Assembly (NCBI RefSeq): GCF_006345805.1
Contig: NC_043005.1
Location: forward strand, 25,668,001-25,732,000
DNA from: Octopus sinensis
Taxonomy: Eukaryota
DNA: 64,000 nt
Reading direction: 5' to 3'
The first letter of the stretch is position 1. Every line of letters starts with the position of its first letter. A program made the translations under genes and the position numbers. This document shows positions 62,200-64,000 of the stretch, one piece after another. The notes below the pieces were generated by a model that saw only the letters and a program-made list of their open reading frames with translations, had not been told where the DNA came from and ran no database searches.

Positions 62200-63110
62200 T
62201 GACAGTAGAAGAGTAGATTAAGGTAATTAAAGATATGAAGTCAGGGAAATCCCTGGCTCATAAGGAGTCACTGCAGAGACGTTTAAGTATTTGGTAGAGT
62301 TGGATACAGTCTAGTAAACCGTATAGTTAAAAACTTACTCAGGAAGGTGTAGACCCCAGTGACTGATGCAGCAGTATCGTAGCCGTCTGCTACAATTACT
62401 CAGAAGTAATTATAGAAGAATCAAATTTCTGAACCAGGTGTTGAAAGTTTCAAATTAAGTTTTAGAACCAATTAAATAGGAACAAAATTAGAATCGATGA
62501 AATACAGTTCGGCTTTGCCCTGAAGAGGAGCACCACAGATGCTAACAAGACGTTGTACTTGGCATTTACTGATCTAAAGAACGCTATTGACAGAGTACTT
62601 CGCTCTGTGTTATGTTCAGCCCAGCGTGGCCTAATATAGAAATCTATGGTGGTCTCTGAGAAAGCTGGAGGTAGAGAAATGAATTGTGAAAGCAGTACAG
62701 GCCATGTACAGGAGAGCTGTTAATAAGGTAAGGATTTGCTATGGGTACACAGATGAATTTAATATACAGGCAGGAGTCTACCAAGGGTTGTTCTTCAGCT
62801 TCCTCCAATTCATCATCATCCTCCAGGTGAAAACAGAAAAAATTAAGACTAGAAGTGTATGAGAACTCCTTCCTATATGCCGATGATCTTGCGCTCATAG
62901 CAGAATCTGTAAAAGAATTAGAAAAGTTTCAGATGTGGAAACAGAACCTGCAATCAAAAAGTTTTAAAGTAAACTTAGCAAAGATCGAGTTAGTAACGAA
63001 ATTGAACTGGACACTTCACCGGTGTGGTAAATGGCCCTGATCGCAATGTAGGAAAGGTGTAGGCTGAAATTGTGTCCAGTGTATCCAGTGTACGCAATGC
63101 ACACTCGAGC
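62200..63110 (+). mobile_element. Decayed RTE-like LINE RT fragment
   Basis: MKSGKSPG, LYLAFTDLKNAIDRV, AGVYQG, LYADDLALIAES, FKVNLAK, GKWP. Confidence 0.75.
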
Positions 63111-63129
63111 GATGCAGTGGAATAGTGGG

Positions 63130-63790
63130 ACGGTTAACAAAGAAAGTAATGTTCGTATGTGGAAGATGTCCGGTAGCCAGGAAAAAAAAACCCACAAATA
63201 CGCGGGAAACTGATTTCACAAATAAGATAGAATACACAGTTAATTCGAATGACATCAACAAACGATTGAACAAAGCCTCGGATACTAGAAATCAAACAGA
63301 ACATCATAAAAACAGAATCAAAAAGCCTCCAGATATACATAAGAATAATAATACGATTAACTGCACATGCCGTAGAAAATCCACATGTCCGCTCCTGAAC
63401 CAATGTGCTCAAAGACATATAGTATATAAATTCATAATATACACATTTCAATATAATTACGTGTACATAGGTACCACTGAAAATCAATTCAAAGTCCGTT
63501 ATCGAAACCACATCTCGTCATTCTGAAAAATAAATAGACGGCACGCGACCTCGCTGGCAGAACTCATATGGGGACTGAAAGAATCAAAAATTAAATACCA
63601 AATAGAAAGGTCAAAAATAAAAAAAGCGCACATCCATGTACTTCACAACCCACCAAATGTGACCTTTACTTTGAGGAAGCACTGAGTATTCTACTGAGTA
63701 ATGAAAGTCTAGTGAATAAATATGATGGAATAATTCCAAGATGTAACCACCGTACCAAATATGCATTTTCCAGATGGAACAGAGTATAAA
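63130..63790 (+). mobile_element. Decayed PLE 3' end of a different GIY-YIG subtype
   Basis: NCTCRRKSTCPLLNQC..IVY...YIGTTENQFKVRYRNHISSF*..ATSLAELIWGLK..KCDLYFEE..RCNHRTKY. Confidence 0.8.
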
Positions 63791-64000
63791 TTATAATTAT
63801 TATTATTCTATCTCGTTAAATCCATTTTTTACCGCCGTCACGTATGTATAGGAGTGTGTATTTATGATGGAGCGTTCAGTGATATAACTATGTAGATGTA
63901 ATTATGTACATGGAAATGAGTAGATAAATGTATAAGCGTCTATGTATAGATGTGAATGTGTTTATTGATATGTAGGTGAGTATATGTATGCGTGGTGTGT

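Overview
AT-rich, microsatellite-saturated eukaryotic DNA. I could not support any host protein-coding exon, rRNA or true tRNA gene. The SINE families and repeat style look cephalopod (octopus); this is my recognition, not a database result. Nearly all ORFs in the supplied track are translations of simple repeats. The real content is transposons: (i) one young, nearly intact Penelope-like element (PLE; RT + GIY-YIG) with ~1.34-kb inverted arms at 34.9-39.8 kb, plus four decayed PLE 3' ends; (ii) decayed LINEs (Tx1-like, R4/Dong-like, CR1-like, RTE-like); (iii) several tRNA-derived SINE families; (iv) non-autonomous Helitrons, a mariner fragment and MITEs. The most striking unexplained signal is a cluster of type I hammerhead-ribozyme (HHR) motifs in several unrelated elements. 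These are a ~355-nt circularly permuted retrozyme-like unit (8.9-9.6 kb), a tRNA-headed SINE whose tail is an HHR/pLTR-like module (47.0-47.4 kb and 61.4-61.7 kb), the PLE terminal repeat itself, and a perfect minimal HHR at 46.2 kb. Several of these share the PLE-style inverted architecture with 3' ends pointing outward. This suggests a PLE-driven set of ribozyme-bearing non-autonomous retroelements. All alignments, folds and translations were done by eye, so coordinates may be off by a few bases and no activity is demonstrated.
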